A DNA stretch of 64,000 bases from Candidatus Poriferihabitaceae bacterium (GTDB lineage: Bacteria; Pseudomonadota; Gammaproteobacteria; Arenicellales; Poriferihabitantaceae), in NCBI GenBank assembly GCA_965203365.1, contig OZ241878.1, positions 3,398,487 through 3,462,486 on the forward strand, in the 5' to 3' direction. A program made the position numbers and the translations under genes. This document shows, piece by piece, positions 1 through 10,351 of the stretch (the first letter of the stretch is position 1; every line of letters starts with the position of its first letter). Below the pieces are notes generated by a model that saw only the letters and a program-made list of their open reading frames with translations, made no database searches and was not told the origin of the DNA.

Positions 1-1767
1 GTCAAGAAACAGATGGAAAAAAGTCAGCGCGAGTATTATCTGAACGAACAGATGAAAGCGATTCAGAAGGAACTGGGTGGCATGGACGAGCTACCCAATG
101 AGACCGATGACCTGTCCAGCAAGATCGACGAAGCGGGCATGTCCGCCGAGGCCCGGGAAAAAGCCGACAGTGAATTCAAGAAGCTCAAGATGATGTCGCC
201 GATGTCGGCGGAAGCCACGGTCGTGCGCAACTACATCGACTGGTTGATCTCGCTGCCATGGAAAAAGCAAAGCCGGATCTCCCGCAACTTGTCGAAGGCG
301 CAGAAGATTCTGGACGACGACCATTACGGGCTGGAGAAAGTGAAGGAGCGCATCCTGGAATATCTGGCGGTGCAGCAACGAGTCAGAAAGTCCAAGGCGG
401 CGATACTTTGTCTGGTGGGCCCCCCCGGGGTGGGCAAGACCTCTCTGGGGCAATCCATTGCCCGGGCCACCCACCGCAAGTTCGTCCGCATGTCCCTAGG
501 GGGCGTGCGGGATGAGGCCGAAATCCGTGGCCACCGGCGCACCTATATCGGCTCCATGCCGGGAAAGATTATCCAGAATCTGGCCAAGGTGAAAACCAAC
601 AACCCCTTGTTCATGCTCGATGAGGTGGACAAGATGTCCATGGACTTTCGTGGTGACCCCTCATCCGCTCTGCTGGAGGTGCTGGATCCGGAGCAGAACA
701 ACACCTTCGGGGACCACTATCTTGAGGTGGAATACGACCTTTCGGATGTCATGTTTATCGCGACCGCCAACACGCTGAACATCCCGCCCCCCCTGCTTGA
801 CCGGATGGAGGTCATCCGGATTTCGGGCTACACCGAACAGGAAAAGGTGGAAATCGCCCACCGCTACCTGATGCCCAAACAGTATAAGAACAATGGGCTG
901 AAGGAAAAGGAAATCCTCATTGAGGATGCCGTGATCAATGACATCATCACCTACTATACCCGGGAGGCGGGGGTACGCAATCTGGAGCGGGAGATCTCAA
1001 AGATTTGCCGCAAGGTCGTCAAGGAGTTGTTGCTGGACAAGACACTCGGGAATGTCCACGTTACGTCGGGCAACCTGGATCAGTATCTCGGCGTCAGGCG
1101 TTTTCGCAAAAGCGGCATCGAGGCCGAGAACAAGATTGGTCAGGTCACGGGCCTGGCCTGGACGGAAGTTGGTGGCGAGTTGTTGACCATCGAAACGGTG
1201 GTGATGCCCGGCAAGGGCAAGCATGTGTTCACGGGCAAGCTCGGCGATGTGATGCAGGAATCCATCAGTGCGGCGATCAGCGTCGTTCGAAGCCGATCCC
1301 GGCAATGGGGCATTGATCCGGAATTTCATCAACAACAGGATGTTCATATTCATGTCCCCGAAGGGGCCACCCCCAAGGACGGCCCCAGTGCGGGTATCGG
1401 CATGTGTACGGCCATTGTGTCCGCGCTGACCCGCATACCGGTCCGGTCGGATGTGGGCATGACCGGTGAAATTACGTTGCGTGGTGAGGTCCTCCCCATC
1501 GGGGGACTCAAAGAAAAGCTGTTGGCCGCCCATCGGGCGGGGGTCAAAATGGTGCTGATTCCCAATGAAAATCGGCGTGATCTAGAGGAAATTCCAGACA
1601 ACATTACCCAGGAACTTGAAATCCGTCCGGTGAAATGGATCGATGAAGTGATTGAGTTGACTCTGGACCGGTTGCCTACCCCAGCGACTGAGACCCGTGA
1701 GACGGCACCGGGAAAACCGGCCACGAAGGCCAAGAAAGACCCCGCTCCGGGTCTCACCGCCCATTAA
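1..1767 (+). CDS. lon: Lon protease (ATP-dependent protease La), 5'-truncated by the window edge
   Basis: The frame is open from base 1. It has Walker [10 protein letters not shown], Walker B FMLDEVDK and the protease-domain motif PKDGPSAG. It sits before hupB, as in the conserved lon-hupB-ppiD arrangement. Confidence 0.95.
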   Translation, partial: VKKQMEKSQREYYLNEQMKAIQKELGGMDELPNETDDLSSKIDEAGMSAEAREKADSEFKKLKMMSPMSAEATVVRNYIDWLISLPWKKQSRISRNLSKAQKILDDDHYGLEKVKERILEYLAVQQRVRKSKAAILCLVGPPGVGKTSLGQSIARATHRKFVRMSLGGVRDEAEIRGHRRTYIGSMPGKIIQNLAKVKTNNPLFMLDEVDKMSMDFRGDPSSALLEVLDPEQNNTFGDHYLEVEYDLSDVMFIATANTLNIPPPLLDRMEVIRISGYTEQEKVEIAHRYLMPKQYKNNGLKEKEILIEDAVINDIITYYTREAGVRNLEREISKICRKVVKELLLDKTLGNVHVTSGNLDQYLGVRRFRKSGIEAENKIGQVTGLAWTEVGGELLTIETVVMPGKGKHVFTGKLGDVMQESISAAISVVRSRSRQWGIDPEFHQQQDVHIHVPEGATPKDGPSAGIGMCTAIVSALTRIPVRSDVGMTGEITLRGEVLPIGGLKEKLLAAHRAGVKMVLIPNENRRDLEEIPDNITQELEIRPVKWIDEVIELTLDRLPTPATETRETAPGKPATKAKKDPAPGLTAH

Positions 1768-2191
1768 TAAGAGTGCCGTGTGACGGTGGATTCTGGAATC
1801 AAAGCCCCGGGCCGCCATGTGGTCGGCTGCGGGGAGAAAATGACTTGAACAACAGGACCCTGGGGGGCCGGTGCGAAGTGCGAACATGGTCGCCGGCGGG
1901 TTCGGTCCTCCGATTTCGGGGCATGAGAGAGCAATACTCGGTTGCATTGCTGCCGGATGTTTGATTAATATCACCGAACGCGATTGATTCTGTCGATTTG
2001 CATTGTGGACAATTGTGACATCAAGCAGGTTGGCAACGGGGTTTCCACAGAAAAAACGAACGCTGAATCGAGAGATGGCCGTCTGACTTCAATGTGCGTA
2101 AGCCAGTGATACGGGGCCAGCTATATAACTATTGATGCCAATCTGGCATTTCCATTGCACCATTAACCTGACATTGAGGCATGTATTTCTT

Positions 2192-2464
2192 ATGAATAAA
2201 ACCGAATTGATTGAATCCGTTGCAGATAGCGCTGGTTTGTCCCGGTCCGATGCGGCGGCCGCCGTGGATGCCGTTTTCGCGTCCATCGAAAAGGCACTGG
2301 AAGATGGAGATTCCGTGTCGCTGGTGGGCTTCGGGACATTCTCCGTGAGCAATCGCGCGGCTCGGTCCGGGCGGAATCCGCGCACCGGTGAAACCATCAA
2401 TATTGCCGCCACCCGCGTGCCGAAATTCAAGGCTGGCAAATCCCTGAAAGATGCCGTAAACTAG
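2192..2464 (+). CDS. hupB: DNA-binding protein HU
   Basis: The 90-aa product starts MNKTELIESVA and carries the HU/IHF arm motif GRNPRTGETI. I judge the upstream in-frame extension in the ORF track (2132) to be non-coding. Confidence 0.9.
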   Translation: MNKTELIESVADSAGLSRSDAAAAVDAVFASIEKALEDGDSVSLVGFGTFSVSNRAARSGRNPRTGETINIAATRVPKFKAGKSLKDAVN

Positions 2465-2475
2465 TGCGCCTTTCC

Positions 2476-2551
2476 GGGCGCTTAGCTCAGCTGGGAGAGC
2501 ATCGCCCTTACAAGGCGAGGGTCGCAGGTTCGATCCCTGCAGCGCCCACCA
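2476..2551 (+). tRNA. tRNA-Val (anticodon TAC)
   Basis: A cloverleaf can be drawn by hand: acceptor GGGCGCT/AGCGCCC, anticodon loop CTTACAA, T-loop GGTTCGATCC, encoded CCA. Confidence 0.9.
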
Positions 2552-2557
2552 ACTCAG

Positions 2558-2634
2558 GGAGCGGTAGTTCAGTTGGTTAGAATACCGGCCTGTCACGCCG
2601 GGGGTCGCGGGTTCGAGCCCCGTCCGCTCCGCCA
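2558..2634 (+). tRNA. tRNA-Asp (anticodon GTC)
   Basis: It is near-identical in layout to the E. coli tRNA-Asp as I recall it (GGAGCGGTAGTTCAG...CTGTCAC...GGTTCGAG...CGCTCCGCCA). Confidence 0.9.
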
Positions 2635-2803
2635 CTTTTCCAGCGCGGGACCGGCACTTTCTGGTCTCGCGCTTGTTGCTGTCTCGGGGTCCATTCCGAC
2701 GTTTCGCGCCCGGTCCCGGGCACCGGATAAGATCTGCGCCGACTGGGATTTCGGAGATAGAATCGACCCCGCACAAGCCGCCCGCCACACCTCATAGTAA
2801 GCC

Positions 2804-4720
2804 ATGCTCACCGCAATCCGGGAAGGATCCAAAGGCTGGTTAGCCAGCATCGTCATTGGCCTCATCGTGCTGACATTTGCCTTGTGGGGGATTGGTTCGT
2901 ATTTTGAAGGGGGAGCCCCGGTGCCGGTGGCCACGGTGAACGGTGAGGAGATTGATGTCTACACTTTCCAGAATCGCCTCTCCCGCCAACGCCAGCTCCT
3001 GATCGAGCAGTATGGTAGCGGTCTTTCCGCCGAACTGATGGCATCCTTGGCGTTGCGTCAACGGGTGTTGGATGACCTGATCGAGGCTCGTTTGCTGGAC
3101 CAGTACACCCAAGAAAACAATTATCGGCTGACGGATCAGCAGGTCGCCCAACGAATCCGCACCAGTGAAGTGTTCCATCGAGACGGACGCTTCGATCCGG
3201 CACTGTACGAACGGTTGCTGCAGAGCAATGGGTTGAGTCCCCAGGCATTTGAGGATGGAGAGCGTCAGGTGGGCATGAACCGACAACTCCTGGACGCGGT
3301 GACCGAATCCTCGTTCTTGGTCGAGTCGGAAGTTTCACGCCTGATTGCGTTGCAAAACCAGTTGCGTGAAACGCAGTATGCCATTATCCCCGCGGATCTT
3401 TATGTCGATGCTGTCGAGATTTCCCCCGAGGAGATTCGGGCGCAATACGATGACCACATCGAACAGTATCGGAATCCAGCCCGGATCAAGGTGGAGTATA
3501 TCGACTTCAGCGTGGACGCCATCGCCGCGGATACTCAACCATCCGATGAGGAAATTGCACAAACCTATGAGCGAATCAAGGAGCGCCTCAAAACCGCCGA
3601 AGTGCGTCAGGCGAGCCATATCCTGATCAGCGTCGAAGCGGATACCGAACCGGCCCGGGCCGAAGCGTTGGCCAAGGCTGAATCCGTGATGGCTCAGGCC
3701 CAAGCCGGCGTGGACTTCGCTGAACTGGCCAGGGAGCATTCCGATGACCCTGGTTCCGCCGCCAACGGGGGCGCATTGGGGGTGATCAACCGGGGTCAAA
3801 TGGTGGCCCCGTTTGAAGATGCCGTGTTTGCCATGGCGGAAGGTGAACTCCGAGGGCCCGTAGCAACCCGGTTTGGTTATCACGTGCTCAAACTGACCGA
3901 ATTACAGGCCGAACGCCAGCGAACCCTGGAAGATGCCCAGGAGGAAGTCGTTGAGGAAGCCCGAAAGGTCGCGGCGGAATCGATCTTCAGTGACTTGGTG
4001 GAGCCGTTCGACAATGCCGTCTTTGAGCAGCCCGAATCTCTTGAGGCGGCGGCGGATGTGTCGGGGTTCGAGATCAAGACCAGTGACTGGTTTACCGAGC
4101 AGGCGGGTACGGGCATTGCCGAAATCAGTGCCGTGCGGGCGGCCGCCTTCAGTCCGGATGTGCGCGACGAAGGACTGAACAGTCCGATTGTGGAGGTCGG
4201 CTTTGATCGGATGGTGGCCCTGCGCAAGTTGGCCTATGAAGAGGCTTTCTCGAAGCCATTCGAGGCGGTGAGAGAAGAAATCGCCACGGCCCTGAAGCGG
4301 GAAAAATCCCGAGCCAAGGCGGAAGAAATGGCCGCCGGCCTGTTGGATAACCTGACCCATCTCGCCTCTTGGGATATTATGCTCGCCCGGAATGAATGGC
4401 AGGCGCACACATTGCCCGAGGTGCGCCATCAAATACCGCCCCACTTGTCGGAACTCGCCAATCGTGTGTATGCGACCCCCATACCTCGGATCGGGAAACC
4501 GCAATACGGACAGGCGGTGTTGACGAATGGGGATGTGGCGATCTATGCCTTGACGGCCGTCACGCCCGGGGATGTGGAAACCGTGGATGTGGACGCCGTA
4601 TCCCAACTGGAACAAATGCTGGTTCGCCGGGATGGTGACGGGGTGTTCGACAGCTTTATGGAGGCACTGAAGGCCCAAGCGGAGATCGTGGTCCACACGG
4701 AACAGCTTGAGCAGCTTTGA
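2804..4720 (+). CDS. ppiD: Periplasmic chaperone / peptidyl-prolyl isomerase PpiD
   Basis: 638 aa with an N-terminal membrane anchor (WLASIVIGLIVLTFALWGI) and a parvulin domain (ASHILI ... FGYHVLKL). Its position after hupB and the tRNAs fits ppiD. Confidence 0.85.
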   Translation: MLTAIREGSKGWLASIVIGLIVLTFALWGIGSYFEGGAPVPVATVNGEEIDVYTFQNRLSRQRQLLIEQYGSGLSAELMASLALRQRVLDDLIEARLLDQYTQENNYRLTDQQVAQRIRTSEVFHRDGRFDPALYERLLQSNGLSPQAFEDGERQVGMNRQLLDAVTESSFLVESEVSRLIALQNQLRETQYAIIPADLYVDAVEISPEEIRAQYDDHIEQYRNPARIKVEYIDFSVDAIAADTQPSDEEIAQTYERIKERLKTAEVRQASHILISVEADTEPARAEALAKAESVMAQAQAGVDFAELAREHSDDPGSAANGGALGVINRGQMVAPFEDAVFAMAEGELRGPVATRFGYHVLKLTELQAERQRTLEDAQEEVVEEARKVAAESIFSDLVEPFDNAVFEQPESLEAAADVSGFEIKTSDWFTEQAGTGIAEISAVRAAAFSPDVRDEGLNSPIVEVGFDRMVALRKLAYEEAFSKPFEAVREEIATALKREKSRAKAEEMAAGLLDNLTHLASWDIMLARNEWQAHTLPEVRHQIPPHLSELANRVYATPIPRIGKPQYGQAVLTNGDVAIYALTAVTPGDVETVDVDAVSQLEQMLVRRDGDGVFDSFMEALKAQAEIVVHTEQLEQL

Positions 4721-4749
4721 TGCCCGTTGAGTTGGTCGCCCGCATGGCC

Positions 4750-5820
4750 TCAAGGTGATTCCATGCTGGCTTCTTGTAGGCGCCAGCGAACGGTTTCGTC
4801 GGCCCTCAGGGGCACCACCTCCGACAGGGTCGTCTCGTCAGTGGGTACTGGATAAGCCGCCGGAACTTTCCAGGACACTTCTTCCAGTACGATGTGGGTT
4901 GTATTGCGTGGCAGACGGTAGAAGTCTGCTCCAAAGTGTGAGGTAAAGCCCTCAAGGCCGTCCAAGGCCCCCATGGAGTCGAATACTTCCGTGTAGAGTT
5001 CCAGCGCAGCGTGCGCCGTGTAGATGCCGGCGCAGCCGCAGGACTGTTCCTTCTCCCCTCGCAGGTGCGGTGCGCTGTCCGTTCCCAGAAAAAAGGAGGG
5101 CTCACCGCTGACGGCGGCCGCTAACAGGGCTTCTTGATGTTCCCGCCGTTTCAGTATCGGAAGACAATAGTGGTGTGGCCGAATACCATTTCGAAACAGG
5201 TCGTTTCGGCTATACAGCAGGTGGTGCGCCGTGAGGGTCGCGGCGACATGGTCTCCGCTGGAGCGCACGAACGCGATACCATGCTTGGTGGTGACATGTT
5301 CAAGCACCACGCGAAGTTCTGGAATTTCCCGGCACAGGGGTGACAGCACCTGCTCCAGATACATCGCTTCCCGATCAAAGATATCGACATGGTCCTCCGT
5401 GACCTCGGCGTGAACCTGCAGCACTAGGTCGTGCTGGGCCATGGCTTCCAGCACGGGCATCACCCGATGTATGGAGCTGACACCGGCATCGGAATGCGTG
5501 GTGGCGCCCGCCGGATAGAGCTTGAATCCGATCACATGAGGCGAGCTGGCGGCGGCAGCGACCATTTCGGGTGTGGTGTGATCAGTCAGGTACAGCGACA
5601 TCACTGGACGGAAGGGACTGTCGGCCGGCAAACAGGAGAGAATCGCCTTTCGATAGGCGGTGGCCTTGGCGACATTCGTGACCGGTGGCACTAAGTTGGG
5701 CATGATCAAGGCTCGCCGAAACTGTCGGGCGGAATGGTGGACCACGGCCGCGAGCATGGGGCCGTCTCGCAAGTGCAGGTGCCAGTCGTCGGGGGTGGTG
5801 ATGCGAACAGTACGAGGCAT
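4750..5820 (-). CDS. pyrC: Dihydroorotase, class II
   Basis: It carries PDDWHLHLRDG near the N-terminus and reads as PyrC-like along its length. I prefer the start at MPRTV (5820), but the ORF could start at 5850. Confidence 0.9.
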   Translation of the reverse strand: MPRTVRITTPDDWHLHLRDGPMLAAVVHHSARQFRRALIMPNLVPPVTNVAKATAYRKAILSCLPADSPFRPVMSLYLTDHTTPEMVAAAASSPHVIGFKLYPAGATTHSDAGVSSIHRVMPVLEAMAQHDLVLQVHAEVTEDHVDIFDREAMYLEQVLSPLCREIPELRVVLEHVTTKHGIAFVRSSGDHVAATLTAHHLLYSRNDLFRNGIRPHHYCLPILKRREHQEALLAAAVSGEPSFFLGTDSAPHLRGEKEQSCGCAGIYTAHAALELYTEVFDSMGALDGLEGFTSHFGADFYRLPRNTTHIVLEEVSWKVPAAYPVPTDETTLSEVVPLRADETVRWRLQEASMESP

Positions 5821-5972
5821 GGTGCGAAGTATACTTGATACGAGGGCCATGTGGCCGCATCACGAGGTCCCCCTTGCCGGCCCGGTTGGTGGGTCATGTC
5901 GGCAGAGGCTGAGGGCCCACACCTCTCGGGATGCGCTCCCAGGGTACATTCCTCCCGATATTGACCGACCGT

Positions 5973-5987
5973 GGGGGGGGGGGGGGG
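5973..5987. repeat. Homopolymeric G15 tract
   Basis: Counted directly: 15 consecutive G on the + strand. Confidence 0.95.
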
Positions 5988-6203
5988 TAGATCCCACCAA
6001 TCTGGGCGATGTGTTGGTGGTTTCGGTCCTGCCTGTGCCGCCGAATGACCTCTTTAATCTGGCGTATGGAAAGTCTCTGTTGGGACCGGTTGGTCTCCTC
6101 GTAACAAATGGGGCTCACCATCATGTAGATCATTCTGCGCCACGGCGCTCCAAGGGGTGGGATGACGGGGTTGAAGTGGAAACTTTCCCGTAGAATAATC
6201 CCC

Positions 6204-6446
6204 ATGACCGTGCAGACCCTTCCCGGTTTCTGTTTCATCCCGGCCTATGATGTCGAGACCGATCGCCAGCAATTCCGCATCGTGATCAAGGGTCTGGTCG
6301 ACCCTGTGCCGACCAACCTGATTGCGTTGAACATTTTCGACCAGCTCAAACGCCGCCTCGGCGACGATCGCGATCCTTGGACCGCCATGACGTCAACCTC
6401 CATACATGCCGAGGAGAACGATTTGAAGGGCGGCGCATGGGATTGA
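6204..6446 (+). CDS. Hypothetical small protein (80 aa)
   Basis: The ORF has GC-rich third positions typical of this genome's coding regions. I recognise no motif. It overlaps the preferred nnrS start by about 10 nt. Confidence 0.35.
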   Translation: MTVQTLPGFCFIPAYDVETDRQQFRIVIKGLVDPVPTNLIALNIFDQLKRRLGDDRDPWTAMTSTSIHAEENDLKGGAWD

Positions 6447-7612
6447 AACGGGATACCCGCCGTCCGGCAATGCCGGCACTGTTCGACCGGGGGTTTCGGC
6501 CGTTCTTTCTGCTCGCCGGCCTATGGGCGTCTGTCGCGCTGCCGCTGTGGCTGGCGATGCTGAATGGTGTCCTCGAACTGCCGAGCATCATGAATCCTGT
6601 CGCTTGGCATGTCCATGAGATGCTGTTCGGCTTCGTCGTCGCGGCCATCGCTGGGTTCCTGCTCACCGCGGTCCCCAGATGGACCGGGCGCCAGCCGCTC
6701 CGGGGGGCTCCCTTGGCCGCCCTCGCCGGCCTCTGGCTCGCCGGACGCCTCGCCGTAGCGCTTTCGGCATGGATCGGTGCGGCCACGGCGGCAACAATCG
6801 ACATGGCCTTCCTCGCCATCCTGACGGCCTTCTGCGCTCACGAGGTCGTGACCGCACGGAATCGGCGCAACCTTGTCGTCATCGCCCTGCTCGCGCTTCT
6901 GGTTGGAGCCAACGCACTCTTCCATCTGGGCGAGACCGAAACCGCAGAGAGGGTCGCGATCGCGGCCACCACTAGCTTGGTCGCCTTGATTGGCGGGCGT
7001 GTCACGCCGGAGTTCACCCGCAACTGGCTGACGCAGCGCGGCGCGATCAGGCTGCCGGTACGGCATGATCGTCTCGACAGTACGGCCATGGCCGCGACCG
7101 GTACGGCGGTGTTCGCCTGGGCCATCGTCGGCGACCATTCCATCGTCGGTGCAGCGCTAGGGTTGGCCGCCATGGCGCTGGTCACCCGCCTGATGCGATG
7201 GCACAGCCTGTCGACGGCGGCCGAACCCCTCGTCTGGGCCCTGCACCTGGGATGGCTCTGGCTACCGGCCGGCCTGATGCTCCTGGCGGTCTCCATGTAT
7301 GTTCCGGTGGTTCCACGGAGTGTTGCGCTGCATGCGCTCACCGCTGGCGCGATTGCCACCATGATCCTCGCCATGATGACGTGCGCGATCTTGGGCCATA
7401 CTGGGCGGGCGCTGACCGCTTCGCGCACCACCGTGGCGATCTACCTGTTGGTTACCTCTGCTGCGTTAGGCCGTCTCGCGAGCGGGTTGGTGGACGGGGC
7501 GGCCCCGGCGCTGCTGTATGCCTCCGCCGCCGCTTGGGTCGCGGCGTTCGTCCTCTTCCTGCTGTGCTACGGCCCGATGCTGCTGTACCAGAGACCCGAA
7601 ACGCCGACTTAG
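6437..7612 (+). CDS. nnrS: NnrS-family haem/copper membrane protein
   Basis: It is polytopic and hydrophobic. The N-terminus FDRGFRPFFLLAGLWA...PLWL matches the NnrS family as I recall it. The start at 6437 (MGLKRD) is uncertain, and the ORF opens at 6377. Confidence 0.8.
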   Translation: MGLKRDTRRPAMPALFDRGFRPFFLLAGLWASVALPLWLAMLNGVLELPSIMNPVAWHVHEMLFGFVVAAIAGFLLTAVPRWTGRQPLRGAPLAALAGLWLAGRLAVALSAWIGAATAATIDMAFLAILTAFCAHEVVTARNRRNLVVIALLALLVGANALFHLGETETAERVAIAATTSLVALIGGRVTPEFTRNWLTQRGAIRLPVRHDRLDSTAMAATGTAVFAWAIVGDHSIVGAALGLAAMALVTRLMRWHSLSTAAEPLVWALHLGWLWLPAGLMLLAVSMYVPVVPRSVALHALTAGAIATMILAMMTCAILGHTGRALTASRTTVAIYLLVTSAALGRLASGLVDGAAPALLYASAAAWVAAFVLFLLCYGPMLLYQRPETPT

Positions 7613-8106
7613 CGCCGCGTAAAATCGAGTTTTCGGGCAGTCGCTTGGGATACTTGTTGGCATTCTGTGGCATTCCGAGCGAAGGCGATGCGGTGCTCTC
7701 TCGGACCCGGCACTGAAGGGACTGCTAGAGGGAGCCTGCCCGGTATCGTTACGATTCGGCGACGAAACCGTCGGTCTCTCGACCATCGGCGGTGAGCCTC
7801 CTTCGGGATATCCTCGCCTGCTTGTTGCTTAGCGAGAGGATCGCGCTCGCATCCCTTCGTACCAAGCTGACCACCCGGAAAGCGCCCGAGTTGTTGCTGG
7901 CCTCGCGAACAAATCTGATCCAGCTTCTCCACATCGGATGGTCGGCTCCCACCACCGCGTCCAATCCGATCATGCACGGCGTCAGGCTGGCCAAGAGTGC
8001 CCGCATTTTACTCAAGATAGAGTCAAGAAAGCCTACGAGCAATCTTTTTTTCAACAGGCTCAAATCTCCCTTTTTTCTGGCTTTTCCAGAACAATGGGCG
8101 TCATAA

Positions 8107-10302
8107 CTACAGCATGTCCATCGGATCCACGTCCAGAGACCAACGAACCGAATGCGGGAATCGAATCGATTCCAGGACCAAACCAAACTGGCCCAGCAGG
8201 TGGTGCAAGGATCCGCGATGTCTTGCGCGAATCATCACATGCATGCGATACCGGCCTGCCTTTTTTTCCAGTGGTGACGGGACCGGCGGGAAGATTTCCA
8301 CATCGTCAATCCCGGTATGGTGCAGGATGCGTACCCCTTGGTGCTGTATCTGCTCCAGCGTGTGCCGAGCGGCCTTCGCGTCCTTGGACTCGGCCCGGAA
8401 CATGGCGAGATGCGCGAAAGGGGGGTATCCTGCCTTTTCGCGCTGTTTCCGTTCGAATTCCACAAACCCCATGTAATCCTGAGCGGCCAGCAGTCGTATG
8501 CAAGGATGATGTGGATGACCCGTCTGGACCAGCACTTCCCCTTTTGTCTGGGCCCGACCCGACCGACCGGCGACCTGCAGCAGTTCCTGGAACATGAATT
8601 CGGTCCCGCGGAAATCCATGTTGTACAGGCCCTGATCCGCATGGACCACGCCCACCAGAGTGACCCGGGAAAAATCGTGTCCCTTGGTGATCAGTTGAGT
8701 GCCGATCACAATGTCCACCTCGCCATTTCGGATCTGTTCCAGTTGGCGATGAAGTTGATGAGCGGTTTTGGCTCCATCCCGGTCCAGTCGACACAGCCGG
8801 GCCCCGGGGAACTGTCCCGACAGGGCCTGCTCGAGTCGTTGGGTACCGGCACCCCCGAGAAAAAGCGGGTCGGCACAGGTCGGACAAGCGGTCTCGGACG
8901 GCTCGCGATGCCCGCAGTGATGGCAGCGAAAGTGGTTGGACTGTCGGTGGTAGACCAGTCGGACGGAGCAGTGAGGGCAATTCGCCTCCCAGCCACACTG
9001 ATAGCAGCGGACGACCGGAGCATATCCGCGTCGGTTGACATAAATGATGGTTTGTTCTTTCCGGCCAAGTCGTTCTCGGATGGCGTGCAAGAGGGGGGCG
9101 GTCAGACCGTTGATCGGGGGGTGGAAGTTACTATCGATGATCCGAACCGTGGGCAGGATCGCCGTCCCATAGCGTTCGTGCAACTGGAGTAACTGATGGC
9201 GGTTTTGCTGGGTGTTGTGATGGGATTCCAGGGATGGTGTGGCGGACCCGAGCACGACCGGGATTCGGCTCAGGCTGGCCCGCTTGATGGCGAGATTGCG
9301 CGCATGATAGCGAAATCCGTCCTGCTGCTTGTAGGATGAGTCGTGTTCCTCGTCCACGACGATCAGTCCGGGATGCTTCAGGGGGGTAAAAATGGCGGAG
9401 CGCGTGCCCAGCACGACCGAAACGCGCCCGGCGCGTGCCAGCCACCATGTGTCATATCGTTCCTGTTGGGTCATTCCGGAATGCAGGCAACGCACGCTGT
9501 TGCCGAGATGGTCTTGGACCCGGTCAACCAGCTGGGGCGTCAACGCAATCTCGGGAACCAGAAAAAGCACCTGGTTTCCCCGGGTAATGGTCTGGCGGGC
9601 GACTTCGAGATAGACTTCCGTTTTTCCACTGCCCGTGATGCCCTGGAGGAGGAAAGTTTGAAACGAGTTCAGGGAGGCTGCGATGCGGTCCGCCACATGT
9701 TGCTGCTCCGGGCTGAGGTGGATTTTCCCGACATCCGGTAACGGAGCGATATCGGCAAGCTCGGTCCCGGCTTCGGCCAGGTTCCTTTGCAGCAAGGCTT
9801 TAAGGGCCGTCTTGTTGCAACCGGATTCCATCGACAACTGGTCCCAAGTGCGCCAATGGGCCCGGGAAAGGGAGCGATAAAGCCGTTGCTGTGCGGTCGC
9901 CCGGCGCAGGGTGACCAAGGCCTCTTCCGTGGGAAGGCCGCAGGCCCGATAAACCGGAATGCCCCTGGGGGGATCGACCCCTCTGCCCCCTCGAAGTTTC
10001 ACCGGCAGTCCGGTGGCAAACACCTCACCGACCGGATGGTGATGATAGTCGGCTGCCCACCGCAGCAGATTCAGCAGCCGGTCATCCCAAATGGGTTCCG
10101 AGTCCAGCGTTCGCAGGATGGGTCGTAGTGCGTGTTCCGTCCTGGCGGCTCCCGAAGCGAGTACCACACCGACCAGGGTTCGGGTGCCGAAGGGCACCTC
10201 GACCCGCATCCCCGGACGTAGACTGTCCGGCCCCAGGTAGTCGAAGAGCTTCCTCAAAGGGACGGGCACGGCGACCCGATAGACGATTTCAAAGGCGGAC
10301 AT
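8107..10302 (-). CDS. priA: Primosomal protein N' (replication restart helicase PriA)
   Basis: 731 aa with Walker A GITGSGKT, DEEH and a Cys-rich zinc-binding insertion (CYQCGWEANCPHCSVRLVYH...CHHCGH...CPTC). Confidence 0.95.
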   Translation of the reverse strand: MSAFEIVYRVAVPVPLRKLFDYLGPDSLRPGMRVEVPFGTRTLVGVVLASGAARTEHALRPILRTLDSEPIWDDRLLNLLRWAADYHHHPVGEVFATGLPVKLRGGRGVDPPRGIPVYRACGLPTEEALVTLRRATAQQRLYRSLSRAHWRTWDQLSMESGCNKTALKALLQRNLAEAGTELADIAPLPDVGKIHLSPEQQHVADRIAASLNSFQTFLLQGITGSGKTEVYLEVARQTITRGNQVLFLVPEIALTPQLVDRVQDHLGNSVRCLHSGMTQQERYDTWWLARAGRVSVVLGTRSAIFTPLKHPGLIVVDEEHDSSYKQQDGFRYHARNLAIKRASLSRIPVVLGSATPSLESHHNTQQNRHQLLQLHERYGTAILPTVRIIDSNFHPPINGLTAPLLHAIRERLGRKEQTIIYVNRRGYAPVVRCYQCGWEANCPHCSVRLVYHRQSNHFRCHHCGHREPSETACPTCADPLFLGGAGTQRLEQALSGQFPGARLCRLDRDGAKTAHQLHRQLEQIRNGEVDIVIGTQLITKGHDFSRVTLVGVVHADQGLYNMDFRGTEFMFQELLQVAGRSGRAQTKGEVLVQTGHPHHPCIRLLAAQDYMGFVEFERKQREKAGYPPFAHLAMFRAESKDAKAARHTLEQIQHQGVRILHHTGIDDVEIFPPVPSPLEKKAGRYRMHVMIRARHRGSLHHLLGQFGLVLESIRFPHSVRWSLDVDPMDML

Positions 10303-10316
10303 TGGGTCGCTGGCGG

Positions 10317-10351
10317 TTATGCACAGAATCTGTGGATAACTTTGTGCATAA
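10317..10351. promoter_or_regulatory. Three consensus DnaA boxes (TTATNCACA) directly upstream of the priA start; a fourth lies at 10523-10531
   Basis: Exact matches read from the sequence: TTATGCACA at 10317-10325, TGTGGATAA at 10331-10339, TGTGCATAA at 10343-10351 and TGTGCATAA at 10523-10531. Confidence 0.5.

Noticed and set aside
1-1767. The Lon protease as a CRISPR-associated Lon (CalpL-like) effector linked to the type III system.
   Set aside because: It is the full-size housekeeping AAA+ Lon in the conserved lon-hupB-ppiD context. It lies more than 50 kb from the cmr genes and has no SAVED/CARF sensor domain visible.
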